Source: Myxococcales bacterium (GTDB taxonomy: Bacteria; Myxococcota_A; UBA9042; JABWCM01; BTVJ01). From it: a DNA stretch of 19,492 bases. Positions 6,870 through 15,600 of this stretch are shown here, piece after piece. Both the position numbers and the translations under genes were made by a program. The notes under the pieces were generated by a model. That model was given only the letters and a program-made list of their open reading frames with translations. It did not search any database and was not told the DNA's origin. The DNA is taken from positions 1 through 19,492 of the forward strand of contig BTVJ01000120.1 of assembly GCA_045863395.1 (NCBI GenBank), given 5' to 3'. Position 1 is the stretch's first letter, and every line of letters begins with the position of its first letter.

Positions 6870-8729
6870 ATGGCCGAGAACCGCATCCACGTCCTCCCCG
6901 ATGACCTCGCCAACCAGATCGCCGCTGGCGAGGTGGTGGAGCGCCCGCTGTCCGTGGTCAAGGAGCTCCTGGAGAACGCCATCGACGCGGGCGCCCGGCG
7001 GGTGATCGTCACCATCGGCGACGGCGGGCGCAGCCTCGTGCAGGTGACCGACGACGGCTGGGGCATGACGCGGGACGACGCGCTGCTCGCCGTGCGGCGC
7101 CACGCGACGAGCAAGGTGCGGTCCGTGGACGACCTGCGGGCCATCTCGTCGTTGGGCTTCCGCGGCGAGGCGCTACCGTCCATCGCGTCGGTGTCCCGGT
7201 TCACAATCACGACCCGGCCCCACGACGAGGTGGTGGGCACCGAGATCCGCATCGAGGGGGTCACGCCTGATGTGCGCGACGCGGGCTGCCCGGCGGGCAC
7301 CACCGTGGCCGTGCGCGACCTCTTCTACAATGTGCCGGCGCGCCTCAAGTTCCTGCGCACGGTGGGCACCGAGATGGGGCACATCGGGGGCGTGGTCACC
7401 AGCTTTGCGCTGTGCTACCCGGAGCTGCACCTGCGCCTGCTCCACAACGGGCGCCAGGTGGCCGACCACCCGCCCGAGAAGGACCTCAAGGCCCGCATCT
7501 ACCAGGTGCTCGGCGCCGAGACCTGCCGCCGCCTCTACGAGGTCTACCTGGACGGCGACGCCTGGGTGTCGGGCTTCATCGCCGAGCCCACGTACACGCG
7601 GCCCGACCCGACGGGGCTGTACGTGTTCGTCAACGGGCGCGTGGTGCGGGACAAGACCGTGCTGCGGGCCGTCTCCGCCGCCTACGGGGGGCTCATCGAC
7701 CGGGGCCGCACCCCCCACGGTGTGCTCTGGATTCGCGTCCCCCCCGCCGACGTGGACGTCAACGTCCACCCGACCAAGAGCGAGGTGCGGTTCGTCCGCT
7801 CCGGGGTCGTCTTCGAGGCGGTGCAGCGGGCGTGCAAGCTGACGCTGGCGTCCACGCCCTGGGTGACCCAGGACCGGGTGCCGGACACAGGCGTGCGCGA
7901 CGGCGTGCGTCCCGGCGAGCCGGAGCGGCGGCGCGGCGTGTTCAAGCCGTCGAGCCTCACCGCGGCGCTCGGACGCCCCCAGGACGCGCGCAACCTGTCG
8001 CTGGACTTCCGCCCCTCCTACCGCGCCCCGGACCCGGGCCTGGAGCGCCCCGGGCCGCGACCGGTGCCCCCCGGGCCCACACGCGACACGGAGCCCTGCG
8101 CGCCGCCCCCGGCCCCCTCGACGAGCGCCGCCCCCGGAGACGGGCGCTTCTTCTCGGCTCTGGCCTACGTAGGCCAGGTGCGCAACACGTACCTCGTGTG
8201 CCAGACCCCGGACCGGCTCGTGCTCATCGATCAACACGCGGCCCACGAGCGCGTCGCCTACGAGCGCATCAAGGAGCAGTGGGCGGGCCGGCACATGACG
8301 CCCCAGCGCCTCCTGTTCCCGGAGACCATCGAGCTGAGCCACGCCGAGGCCCTGGCGGTCGCCGAGCACGGCGACACGCTCCGCGCCCTCGGCATCGAGC
8401 TGGAGCCCTTCGGCGGCACCACCTTCGCGCTCCAGGCGGTGCCCGAGGCCATCGCGGGCCGGGACACCCGCGCCACCGTGCGTGACATCGTGGCGGAGCT
8501 TGCGGCGACGGGCTCGACCCGGGCCCTCGATGACCGCCTTGACCACATCTTCGCCACCATGGCCTGTCACAGCGTGGTCCGCGCCGGCGACCCGATGACC
8601 GCGGACGAGGTCCGCCGCCTGCTCGCCGATATGGACCGCATCTCCTACAGCGCCAACTGCCCCCACGGCCGCCCGGTGCTCGTGCCCATCCCCTTCGGCG
8701 AGATCGAGAAGTGGTTCCACCGGGCGTGA
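6870..8729 (+). CDS. mutL: DNA mismatch repair endonuclease MutL (~619 aa)
   Basis: NQIAAGEVVERP, KELLENAIDAGA, HATSK, LGFRGEALPSIASVS, DVNVHPTKSEVRF; C-terminal DQHAAHERVAYE, QRLLFP, MACH, CPHGRP. Confidence 0.98.
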   Translation: MAENRIHVLPDDLANQIAAGEVVERPLSVVKELLENAIDAGARRVIVTIGDGGRSLVQVTDDGWGMTRDDALLAVRRHATSKVRSVDDLRAISSLGFRGEALPSIASVSRFTITTRPHDEVVGTEIRIEGVTPDVRDAGCPAGTTVAVRDLFYNVPARLKFLRTVGTEMGHIGGVVTSFALCYPELHLRLLHNGRQVADHPPEKDLKARIYQVLGAETCRRLYEVYLDGDAWVSGFIAEPTYTRPDPTGLYVFVNGRVVRDKTVLRAVSAAYGGLIDRGRTPHGVLWIRVPPADVDVNVHPTKSEVRFVRSGVVFEAVQRACKLTLASTPWVTQDRVPDTGVRDGVRPGEPERRRGVFKPSSLTAALGRPQDARNLSLDFRPSYRAPDPGLERPGPRPVPPGPTRDTEPCAPPPAPSTSAAPGDGRFFSALAYVGQVRNTYLVCQTPDRLVLIDQHAAHERVAYERIKEQWAGRHMTPQRLLFPETIELSHAEALAVAEHGDTLRALGIELEPFGGTTFALQAVPEAIAGRDTRATVRDIVAELAATGSTRALDDRLDHIFATMACHSVVRAGDPMTADEVRRLLADMDRISYSANCPHGRPVLVPIPFGEIEKWFHRA

Positions 8730-9730
8730 GCGTGACGGAGTCAGCCGGCGGCGCGGACGCCGCCAGCGGGGCCGGGGACCTGACGCCGCTGGTCGCCCTC
8801 GTGGGCCCCACCGCGTCCGGCAAGAGCGCCCTCGCCCTGGAGCTTGCCCGCCGGGGGCGCCTGGGTCCCGTGACCATCCTGAGCTGCGACTCCATGCAGG
8901 TCTACCGCGGCCTCGACATCGGCACCGCCAAGCCGAGCGCGGAGGAGCGCGCCGCCGTCCCCCACCGGCTCCTGGACCTGGACACGCTGCCCCTCGCGGG
9001 CGCCACCTGGCAAGGCATCGACGCCGGAGTCTGGGCCCGCGCCGCCGATTCTGTCCTCGCCGAGGAGCGTGCCGCCGGACGCCTTCCCCTGGTCGTGGGA
9101 GGCACCGGGCTGTGGCTGCGCGCCCTCCTGTGGGGTCTGGCCGAGGTCCCATCCGTGCCGCCGGAGGTCCGCGCGCGCATCACCGCAGCCCTCGCCGCCG
9201 AGGGCCTGCCCGCGCTCCACGCCCGCCTCCGCGAGGTGGACCCCGAGCTCGGTGCCCGCCTGCCGCCCCGCGACACCCAGCGCATCCTGCGCGCCCTGGA
9301 GGTCTACGAGGCCCACGGCACACCTCTCAGCCAGCTCCAGCAGCGCCACGGCTTCGCGACGCTGCGCTACCGCCCGCTGATCCTGGCCCTCGACATCCCG
9401 AGGCCCACCCTCGCAGCTCGCATCGACGCCCGGGTCGATGCCATGCTCGCTGCGGGCCTCGTGGCCGAGGTCCGCCGCCTCCTCGAAGCCGGGGTGGACC
9501 CGGACTGCCGCCCCCTCCAGGCCCCCGGCTACCGGGACGTGGTCGCCCACTTGCAGGGCTCGCTCGACGCGGCGGCGATGCGCGCGGCGATCCAGCTCGC
9601 CCACCGGCGCTACGCCAAGCGGCAGCTCACCTGGCTCCGCGGCATGGAGGGCGTGACGTGGGTGGCGCCGGACGCCAGCGACATCGAAACGCGGGTGGCG
9701 CACTTTCTGGGGGTCGAAGTCTCGCGGTGA
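8726..9730 (+). CDS. miaA: tRNA dimethylallyltransferase MiaA (~334 aa)
   Basis: GPTASGKS P-loop, DSMQVYRGLDIGTAKP, VGGTGLW, RALEV, RRYAKRQLTW. GTG start overlaps the mutL stop (GTGA); GTG 8732 is an alternative start. Confidence 0.97.
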   Translation: MSVTESAGGADAASGAGDLTPLVALVGPTASGKSALALELARRGRLGPVTILSCDSMQVYRGLDIGTAKPSAEERAAVPHRLLDLDTLPLAGATWQGIDAGVWARAADSVLAEERAAGRLPLVVGGTGLWLRALLWGLAEVPSVPPEVRARITAALAAEGLPALHARLREVDPELGARLPPRDTQRILRALEVYEAHGTPLSQLQQRHGFATLRYRPLILALDIPRPTLAARIDARVDAMLAAGLVAEVRRLLEAGVDPDCRPLQAPGYRDVVAHLQGSLDAAAMRAAIQLAHRRYAKRQLTWLRGMEGVTWVAPDASDIETRVAHFLGVEVSR

Positions 9731-9793
9731 CGCGCAGGCCGAGGCCCCCGCTTTGCGGACCCACGGCTTCGCGTCCAAACTGCGTCGTGGGGC

Positions 9794-11665
9794 CTACTTC
9801 TCTGGCAGATCCTTGAACTTGTCCTTGAACAGGTCGCCCAGCGTGCCGAAGCCGCCGCCCTTCGGCGCCGCGCTCATGCGGTCGTCCGGGCGGCGGTCGT
9901 CCCTGTCGAAGCGGTCACCACGCCGGTCATCCCGGTTGTCGCGGCGGTCGGGCCGGGCGCCAGGCCGATCACCTGGCCGCGGGCCACGATCACCGGGCCG
10001 CGGGCCCCGATCACCCGGCCGCGGGCCCCGGTCATCCGGCCGCGGACCCCGGTCATCCCGCCCTCGCTCCGGCCGGTCCGAGCGCCCTTCGGGCCGTCCC
10101 CCCGTCCGCTCCTGGTACTCCCGGAAGTCCGCCCGCTCCGCCCCCGACTCCAGCGCCTTCCGGCTCAGCGTCAGGCGGTGGCCCTCCTCGTCCACCTCGA
10201 GCACGGCGGCCTTGATCGCCGACCCGACCGGGAAGTCCCGCCGGTGGTCCGTGTCGCGGGGCGTGTTCATCTCGCTGTTGGGGATGAGGGCCGTGATGCC
10301 CGCCTCCAGGCTCACGAACACGCCGAACTTCTCGACCTTCTCGACCGTGCCCTCCACCGCGGCGCCGCGGGTATACCGCTCCGCCACGCCGGCCCAGGGG
10401 TCGCCGCCGAGCTGCTTCATGCCGAGCGAGATGCGCTTCTTGTCCCGGTCGATGTTCAGGATCTGCACCTCGACGTGGTCCCCCACCTTCACCAGGTCGT
10501 GGGGACGCCGGACGCGCCGGTCCCAGGTCATGTCGCTGACGTGCAGCAGGCCGTCCAGCCCCGCGCTCAGCTCGACGAAGGCCCCGAACTCCGCCAGGCG
10601 CACCACCGTGCCGCCGTAGCGCTCGCCGACCACGAAGCGATCACCCGCCAGGCGCCACGGGTCCTCTTGCGCCTGCTTCAGCGACAGGGAGATACGGTCG
10701 CGCTTCCAGTCGAGGCCGATCACCTTGACCCGGACCTCGTCGCCGACCTTGAGGATCTCGTCGGGCTTCTCCACCCGCGCCCAGGACAGCTCCGAGATGT
10801 GCGCCAGGCCCTCGACGCCGCCCAGGTCCACGAAGGCGCCGAACTCACGCAGGCGGTCCACCCGCCCCGTCACGACGTCCCCCTCCCGCAGGCGGGCCTT
10901 GAGCTCCCCCTTCTTCTCGGTGCGCTCCCGCCGGATCAGGTCGGCGCGCGACACGACGATGCGGCGCGTGGCCTCCACCAGCTCCTTGATCAGGAACGCG
11001 AAGGTCTTGCCGACGAAGCTGTCGGCGTCGGCGTCCTCGACCCGCGCGGCGTCGATCTGCGAGATGGGGCAGAAGGCGCTCTGGCCCGCCACCTCCACGT
11101 CGTAGCCGCCCTTGTTGCGCCCCTTGACCACGCCGTCGATGGGCACTCGCGCCTCGTAGGCGGCGCGCAGCCTCTCCATGCCGCGCTGCGAGGTCCCCAT
11201 GTGCAGCGACAGCTTGACCCCGCCCTCGAAGCCGTCCGTGTCGATGACGGTCAGGTCGGGGACCACCTCGCCCACCTTTGCGATCAGCTCGCCGTCGTCG
11301 TCGACCAGCTCCAGCTTGTCCACGATGCCGGTGCTCTTGCCGCCGATGTCCACGAGCACGCTCTGGTCGCCGATGCTGATGACGGTCCCCGTGACGCGGT
11401 CGCCCCGGCTGAACCGCACCGGCGCCTTGTAGGACGACTCCAGCATGGCTGCGAAGTCCTCGTCGGCGGGAGCGGTCGGCGCCTGCTTGGGCTGCGCTGC
11501 CGGCTCCGCGGCCACCGCCGGCTCCGCGGGCACTTCCGCCTCTGCGGCCACAGCCGGCTCCGCGGGCTCGCTGGCCTGGGTCGCGCCTTCTGCGCCCGGA
11601 GCGGGGACTGCGGCGGCCTCCGTCGGCTGCACGTCGGGTTTCAGCGTCTCGGTGTCGTGGCTCAT
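9794..11665 (-). CDS. rpsA: Ribosomal protein S1-family RNA-binding protein, five S1 domains (~623 aa)
   Basis: EDFAAMLES N-terminal helix; S1 repeats including FGAFVDLGGVEGLAHISELSW, FGAFVELSAGLDGLLHVSDMTW and FGVFVSLEAGITALIP; C-terminal GFGTLGDLF. Start ATG 11665 has GAGGA upstream and lies downstream of the promoter. May be a paralog rather than the main rpsA. Confidence 0.85.
   Translation of the reverse strand: MSHDTETLKPDVQPTEAAAVPAPGAEGATQASEPAEPAVAAEAEVPAEPAVAAEPAAQPKQAPTAPADEDFAAMLESSYKAPVRFSRGDRVTGTVISIGDQSVLVDIGGKSTGIVDKLELVDDDGELIAKVGEVVPDLTVIDTDGFEGGVKLSLHMGTSQRGMERLRAAYEARVPIDGVVKGRNKGGYDVEVAGQSAFCPISQIDAARVEDADADSFVGKTFAFLIKELVEATRRIVVSRADLIRRERTEKKGELKARLREGDVVTGRVDRLREFGAFVDLGGVEGLAHISELSWARVEKPDEILKVGDEVRVKVIGLDWKRDRISLSLKQAQEDPWRLAGDRFVVGERYGGTVVRLAEFGAFVELSAGLDGLLHVSDMTWDRRVRRPHDLVKVGDHVEVQILNIDRDKKRISLGMKQLGGDPWAGVAERYTRGAAVEGTVEKVEKFGVFVSLEAGITALIPNSEMNTPRDTDHRRDFPVGSAIKAAVLEVDEEGHRLTLSRKALESGAERADFREYQERTGGRPEGRSDRPERGRDDRGPRPDDRGPRPGDRGPRPGDRGPRPGDRPGARPDRRDNRDDRRGDRFDRDDRRPDDRMSAAPKGGGFGTLGDLFKDKFKDLPEK
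9971..10054 (-). repeat. Four tandem 21-bp repeats encoding DRGPRP(G/D)
   Basis: + strand units: acctggccgcgggccacgatc, accgggccgcgggccccgatc, acccggccgcgggccccggtc, atccggccgcggaccccggtc. Confidence 0.9.
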
Positions 11666-11729
11666 CGGCTCGGTTCCTCGGGCCCGCTGCGGGCCTCCAT
11701 CATCGGTACAGGGCGCCAACAGGGCGCGC

Positions 11730-11758
11730 ATCATAGCCGCGACCTCCCGGGGGGTCAA
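11730..11758 (-). promoter_or_regulatory. Sigma70-type promoter of the S1-like gene
   Basis: Minus strand reads TTGACC (11758-11753), 17 nt, TATGAT (11735-11730): near consensus with ideal spacing. Confidence 0.8.
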
Positions 11759-11763
11759 TCGGC

Positions 11764-11792
11764 TTCTCTCGCGCACCCGACCGCGCTATCAT
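11764..11792 (+). promoter_or_regulatory. Putative divergent promoter for the lipoprotein peptidase
   Basis: TATCAT (11787-11792) 8 nt before GTG 11801; weak -35 TTCTCT 17 nt upstream. Confidence 0.45.
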
Positions 11793-11800
11793 GCGTCCCC

Positions 11801-13186
11801 GTGTGGCGCTCCCTCCCCATCCTTCTGTGGCTCGCGGCGTGTGCGTCTGGGGCGAGCCCCGCCTCCGCACCCGACGTCCCCGCCGCGGCGGCCGACGTTC
11901 CGGCTGTGCCGGACGCCCTTGTCCACGACGAGGTCAACGGCCAGACAGACACGCGGGACGACGCAACCGGACCATACGACCTCGATGCGCCCTCCGATAC
12001 GACGACGCCAGACGACTCCCTGGACGCCCTCGACGCGACCACGCCTTCCGACGTCCCCGATGTCGCTCCCGCCCCCTCAGATGCAGCCGCCGACGGCTCC
12101 GACGACACCCCCGCGGCGCCCCAGCCGGTCTGGGACCTCCCGCCCTGGGTCGACCAGCACCACATCACAGGCGTTCCCCTCGACGGGGCGGGCGAGTCGC
12201 CGGATCTCACCTTCACGCTTCCTTCGGGCCACCACACTTTCCTCATCGTCGTCACGTCTGGCGAGCCCGCCGTATGGCACATGCTCGCCAAGCTGGTGAC
12301 CCCGCAGGGCAAGCCCGTCGTGAAGCCCAGCGGCGGCTTCGACTGCATCCCGTGCCAGAACCGCGTGGTCGGCACCCACACCGTCGCGACCTTCCTGTTC
12401 CCCACGACGCCGGATCTGGCCGTCAAGTCGGGCAAGTACGTGCTGCGGCTCCAGGCGTCGATCCCCGGCCCTGCCGCCTTCGATCCCTGGCACGGAACCG
12501 TGGACGTCGCCATCCTCATGGCCAAGGGAGACGATCCGCCCCCCATGGCAGAACTCGACCTGGCGCTCCGGTTCACCGGGTCCGGCACGTTGACAGCCGA
12601 GACGGCCCCCTCCGATGCGCGCCTCCAGCAGGCCCTCACCGAGCTGGCCGCCCTCTACGCCACCGCGGGCGTCGCTATCGGCGACGTGACCTACGCTGCC
12701 GCCCCGCAAGACCTCCAGCTCATCGAGACGGTGACCGGTCCCGAGTCCGACCTCGCGCAGCTCCTCTCACTGGCGACCGCCCCCGCGGGCGCCGTGGACG
12801 TGTTCTTCGTCGATCAGATCCACGTCCAGAAGGAGGACGGCGCGAGCATCGTCCTCGGCATCGCCGGCGGCATCCCCGGCCCCGCCCTCGTCCCTGGCAC
12901 GGTCCACAGCGGTGTCGCCGTCTCCACGCTGCCCCCCTTCGGCCCCGTGGACCATCTGGGCACGGTCATCGCCCACGAGCTGGGCCACTACCTTGGACTG
13001 TTCCACGTCGTGGAGGACCCCGCCGGCCCCTACGTGCCGGACCCCCTCGCCGACACGCCCGACGACGACCTCTACAACGTCATGTGGTGGACCGCCGATG
13101 GCCTCGTGGAAGAGTCCGCAAAGCACTTCACTCCCCACCAGGCGGACGTGATCCGGCGCAACCCCGCGACGCGCCCCACCCCTTGA
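11801..13186 (+). CDS. Lipoprotein metzincin zinc metalloprotease, M43 (pappalysin/ulilysin)-like (~461 aa)
   Basis: GTG start giving (M)WRSLPILLWLAAC lipobox; Asp/Pro/Ala linker; AHELGHYLGLFH (His at 12974), DPLADTP and Met-turn YNVMW; ends FTPHQADVIRRNP. Confidence 0.8.
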   Translation: MWRSLPILLWLAACASGASPASAPDVPAAAADVPAVPDALVHDEVNGQTDTRDDATGPYDLDAPSDTTTPDDSLDALDATTPSDVPDVAPAPSDAAADGSDDTPAAPQPVWDLPPWVDQHHITGVPLDGAGESPDLTFTLPSGHHTFLIVVTSGEPAVWHMLAKLVTPQGKPVVKPSGGFDCIPCQNRVVGTHTVATFLFPTTPDLAVKSGKYVLRLQASIPGPAAFDPWHGTVDVAILMAKGDDPPPMAELDLALRFTGSGTLTAETAPSDARLQQALTELAALYATAGVAIGDVTYAAAPQDLQLIETVTGPESDLAQLLSLATAPAGAVDVFFVDQIHVQKEDGASIVLGIAGGIPGPALVPGTVHSGVAVSTLPPFGPVDHLGTVIAHELGHYLGLFHVVEDPAGPYVPDPLADTPDDDLYNVMWWTADGLVEESAKHFTPHQADVIRRNPATRPTP

Positions 13187-13191
13187 CGCGC

Positions 13192-13220
13192 TTGCGGCCC
13201 CGGTGCCCCTGTGGTAGATG
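13192..13220 (+). promoter_or_regulatory. Putative promoter for era-der
   Basis: TTGCGG (13192-13197), 17 nt, TAGATG (13215-13220) with extended -10 TG at 13212-13213; 8 nt before ATG 13229. Confidence 0.4.
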
Positions 13221-13228
13221 CGCCCCCC

Positions 13229-14164
13229 ATGAACCAGCCTCCCAGCAGCTTCAAGAGCGGCTTCCTCACCATCGTCGGGCAGCCCAACGTCGGCAAGTCG
13301 ACGCTGCTGAACCAGATCCTGGGCGAGAAGATCGCGATCACGTCGCCCAAGCCGCAGACGACGCGCGACCGCATCGTGGGCATCAAGCACCTGCCCGGCG
13401 CGCAGATCGTGTTCCTGGACACCCCGGGCATCCACGACGCCAAGAGCTCGAAGCTCAACGAGGTCATGGTCCAGCAGGCCGTCGCCACCCTGTCGCAGGT
13501 GGACGGTATCCTGCTGGTCATCGACGCCGCCTGGCAGGTCGCCAAGGATCCGGCCACCCCGCTCGCCGGCGACGTCGCGATCCTCGACGCCATCCGCGCC
13601 GCCGGCAGCCGCCCCGTGATCCTGGTCCCCAACAAGGTGGACAAGGTAGACAAGGCATCGCTGCTCCCGCTCATCGACGGCTGGCAGCGCCTGCACCCCT
13701 TCGCCGCCGTGGTGCCCCTGAGCGCCAAGGACGGCGCCAACGTAGAGCGCCTCCTCCCGGCGATCACCGCGCTCCTCAGAGAAGGCCCCCCGTTCTACCC
13801 GGACGACATGGTCACGGATCGCTCCCTGCGCTTCCTGATGGCTGAGATCATCCGGGAGAAGGTCTTCCTCCAGCTCGGCCAGGAGCTGCCCTACGCCATC
13901 GCCGTCGAGGTGGAGGCCTGGGAGGAGACCGACACCCTCGTCCGCATCAGCGCCGCCATCCACGTAGAGCGCGAGACTCAGAAGAAGATCGTCATCGGCG
14001 CCAAGGGGGCCCGCGCGAAGGCCATAGGCACCGCGGCCCGCCTCGACATGGAGGCGTTCCTTGAGAAGAAGGTCTTTCTGGAGCTCTACGTGCGCGTAGA
14101 GGAGGACTGGACCCAGAAGAGGCGCTCCCTGGACCGCTTCGGCTACGTCGTGGAGAAGAAATGA
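13229..14164 (+). CDS. era: GTPase Era (~311 aa)
   Basis: FKSGFLTIVGQPNVGKSTLLN, KPQTTR, DTPGIH, NKVD, EIIREK, QELPY, KH motif IVIGAKG. Confidence 0.97.
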   Translation: MNQPPSSFKSGFLTIVGQPNVGKSTLLNQILGEKIAITSPKPQTTRDRIVGIKHLPGAQIVFLDTPGIHDAKSSKLNEVMVQQAVATLSQVDGILLVIDAAWQVAKDPATPLAGDVAILDAIRAAGSRPVILVPNKVDKVDKASLLPLIDGWQRLHPFAAVVPLSAKDGANVERLLPAITALLREGPPFYPDDMVTDRSLRFLMAEIIREKVFLQLGQELPYAIAVEVEAWEETDTLVRISAAIHVERETQKKIVIGAKGARAKAIGTAARLDMEAFLEKKVFLELYVRVEEDWTQKRRSLDRFGYVVEKK

Positions 14165-15591
14165 AGTCCTCGGCTCTGCCCATCGTGGCCATCGTCGGCC
14201 GGCCCAACGTGGGCAAGTCCACGCTCTTCAACCGGCTGACCGGCACCCGCAAGGCGATCGTCGAGGACACGGAGGGCGTCACCCGCGACCGCAACTACTC
14301 CGACGCAGAGTGGTTCGGCAAGCGCTTCACGCTGGTAGACACGGGCGGCTTCGACCCGGACGCGACCGAAGGCATGCTCCCGCTCATGCGCGAGCAGGCG
14401 ACCCTCGCCATCGAGGAGGCGGACGTCATCCTCTTCCTGCTCAACGCCCGGGACGGCCTGACGTCGGCGGACGTCGAGATCGCCCGCATCCTGCGCATGA
14501 CCGACAAGCCGGTCCTCTACGTGGCCAACAAGGTCGAGGGCATGGCCGTAGAGGCCGAGGCCGCCGAGCTGTACGCGGTCGGCGCCGACCAGATCCATAT
14601 GATCAGCGCGGAGCACGGCACGGGCATCTACGACCTCATGGAGGTGGTGGTCGCCCCCATGCCGGAGTCCCCGCCCGAGCCCGTGTGGGCCGACGACGAG
14701 CCGAGCGAGGAGCCCGCCGAGGAGGAGCCCGACGCGGACCAGGAAGCCGGCGACGCCGTCTGGGAGGCCCCGCCGCGCGAGGACAACATCCTGGTCGCGG
14801 TGGTCGGCAAGCCCAACGTGGGCAAGAGCAGCCTGATCAACCGCCTGCTGGGCGCCCCCCGCCTGCTGGCGAGCGACGTCCCCGGCACCACCCGCGACAG
14901 CATCGACACGCAGCTCGACGTGGAGGGCCGCCGCTTCACGCTCATCGACACGGCCGGTATCCGCAAGAAGAAGGCGATCAGCCTCCGCCTCGAGAAGTTC
15001 AGCATCATCAAGGCGCTCCAGTCCATCGACCGCTGCTACGTCGCCGTCCTGGTCATCGACGCGACGCAGGGCGTCACCGATCAGGACTGCAAGATCGCGA
15101 GCCTCATCGCCGAGAAGGGCAGGGCGGCGGTCATCGCCGTCAACAAGTGGGATCTTGTCGAGAAGGACGACGCGAGCGCCGGGGCCTTCGTGAAGGACGT
15201 CTGGCAGAAGATGCCCTTCTTCACGTGGGCTCCGATCATCTTCATCAGCGCGCTGACGGGCCAGCGGGTCACCAAGGTCCTCGACCTGGTGGAGACCTCC
15301 CGGGCCAACGCCCGGCGCCGCCTGCCGACCGGCCCCCTCAACCGCTTCTTCGAGGCCATCGTCGCGCGGCAGCCCCCGCCCGTCTACCGGAACCACAACG
15401 TCAAGCTCTACTACCTGCGCCAGGTGTCGGTGGCGCCGCCGGCCATCGTCGCCTCGTGCAACACGCCGGAGGGGGTCTCCCCCGCTTACGAGCGCTACCT
15501 GGCGAACCAGCTCCGCCTGACCTTCGGCTTCGAGGGCACGCCCATCCGCCTCTACTTCCGCGGCCGCCAGAAGCGCACCCGCCGAGGCTGA
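14161..15591 (+). CDS. der: Ribosome biogenesis GTPase Der (EngA), 476 aa
   Basis: Two G-domains (GRPNVGKSTLFN...DTGG...NKVE and GKPNVGKSSLIN...DTAGIR...NKWD) plus C-terminal YERYLANQLR...GFEGTPIRL. ATGA overlap with era. Confidence 0.97.
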   Translation: MKSSALPIVAIVGRPNVGKSTLFNRLTGTRKAIVEDTEGVTRDRNYSDAEWFGKRFTLVDTGGFDPDATEGMLPLMREQATLAIEEADVILFLLNARDGLTSADVEIARILRMTDKPVLYVANKVEGMAVEAEAAELYAVGADQIHMISAEHGTGIYDLMEVVVAPMPESPPEPVWADDEPSEEPAEEEPDADQEAGDAVWEAPPREDNILVAVVGKPNVGKSSLINRLLGAPRLLASDVPGTTRDSIDTQLDVEGRRFTLIDTAGIRKKKAISLRLEKFSIIKALQSIDRCYVAVLVIDATQGVTDQDCKIASLIAEKGRAAVIAVNKWDLVEKDDASAGAFVKDVWQKMPFFTWAPIIFISALTGQRVTKVLDLVETSRANARRRLPTGPLNRFFEAIVARQPPPVYRNHNVKLYYLRQVSVAPPAIVASCNTPEGVSPAYERYLANQLRLTFGFEGTPIRLYFRGRQKRTRRG

Positions 15592-15600
15592 CCCCCCTGC

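Noticed and set aside
7173..9152. Long alternative-frame ORFs (for example 7173-9152 -, 5327-6904 +, 11791-13845 +, 14310-15668 +, 18099-19472 -)
   Set aside because: Expected in high-GC DNA; no motifs, and they overlap well-supported genes.
9742..9795. Imperfect hairpin AGGCCCC...GGGGCCT between miaA and the S1-like gene as a bidirectional terminator
   Set aside because: The stem is broken by large bulges and there is no U-tract; not supportable.
9971..10054. Tandem repeats as a CRISPR array
   Set aside because: No spacers, 21-bp in-frame coding units and no cas genes.
10178..11800. First ~540 codons of the 1002-aa + strand ORF
   Set aside because: Antisense shadow of the S1-like gene; the real protein starts at GTG 11801 with a lipobox.
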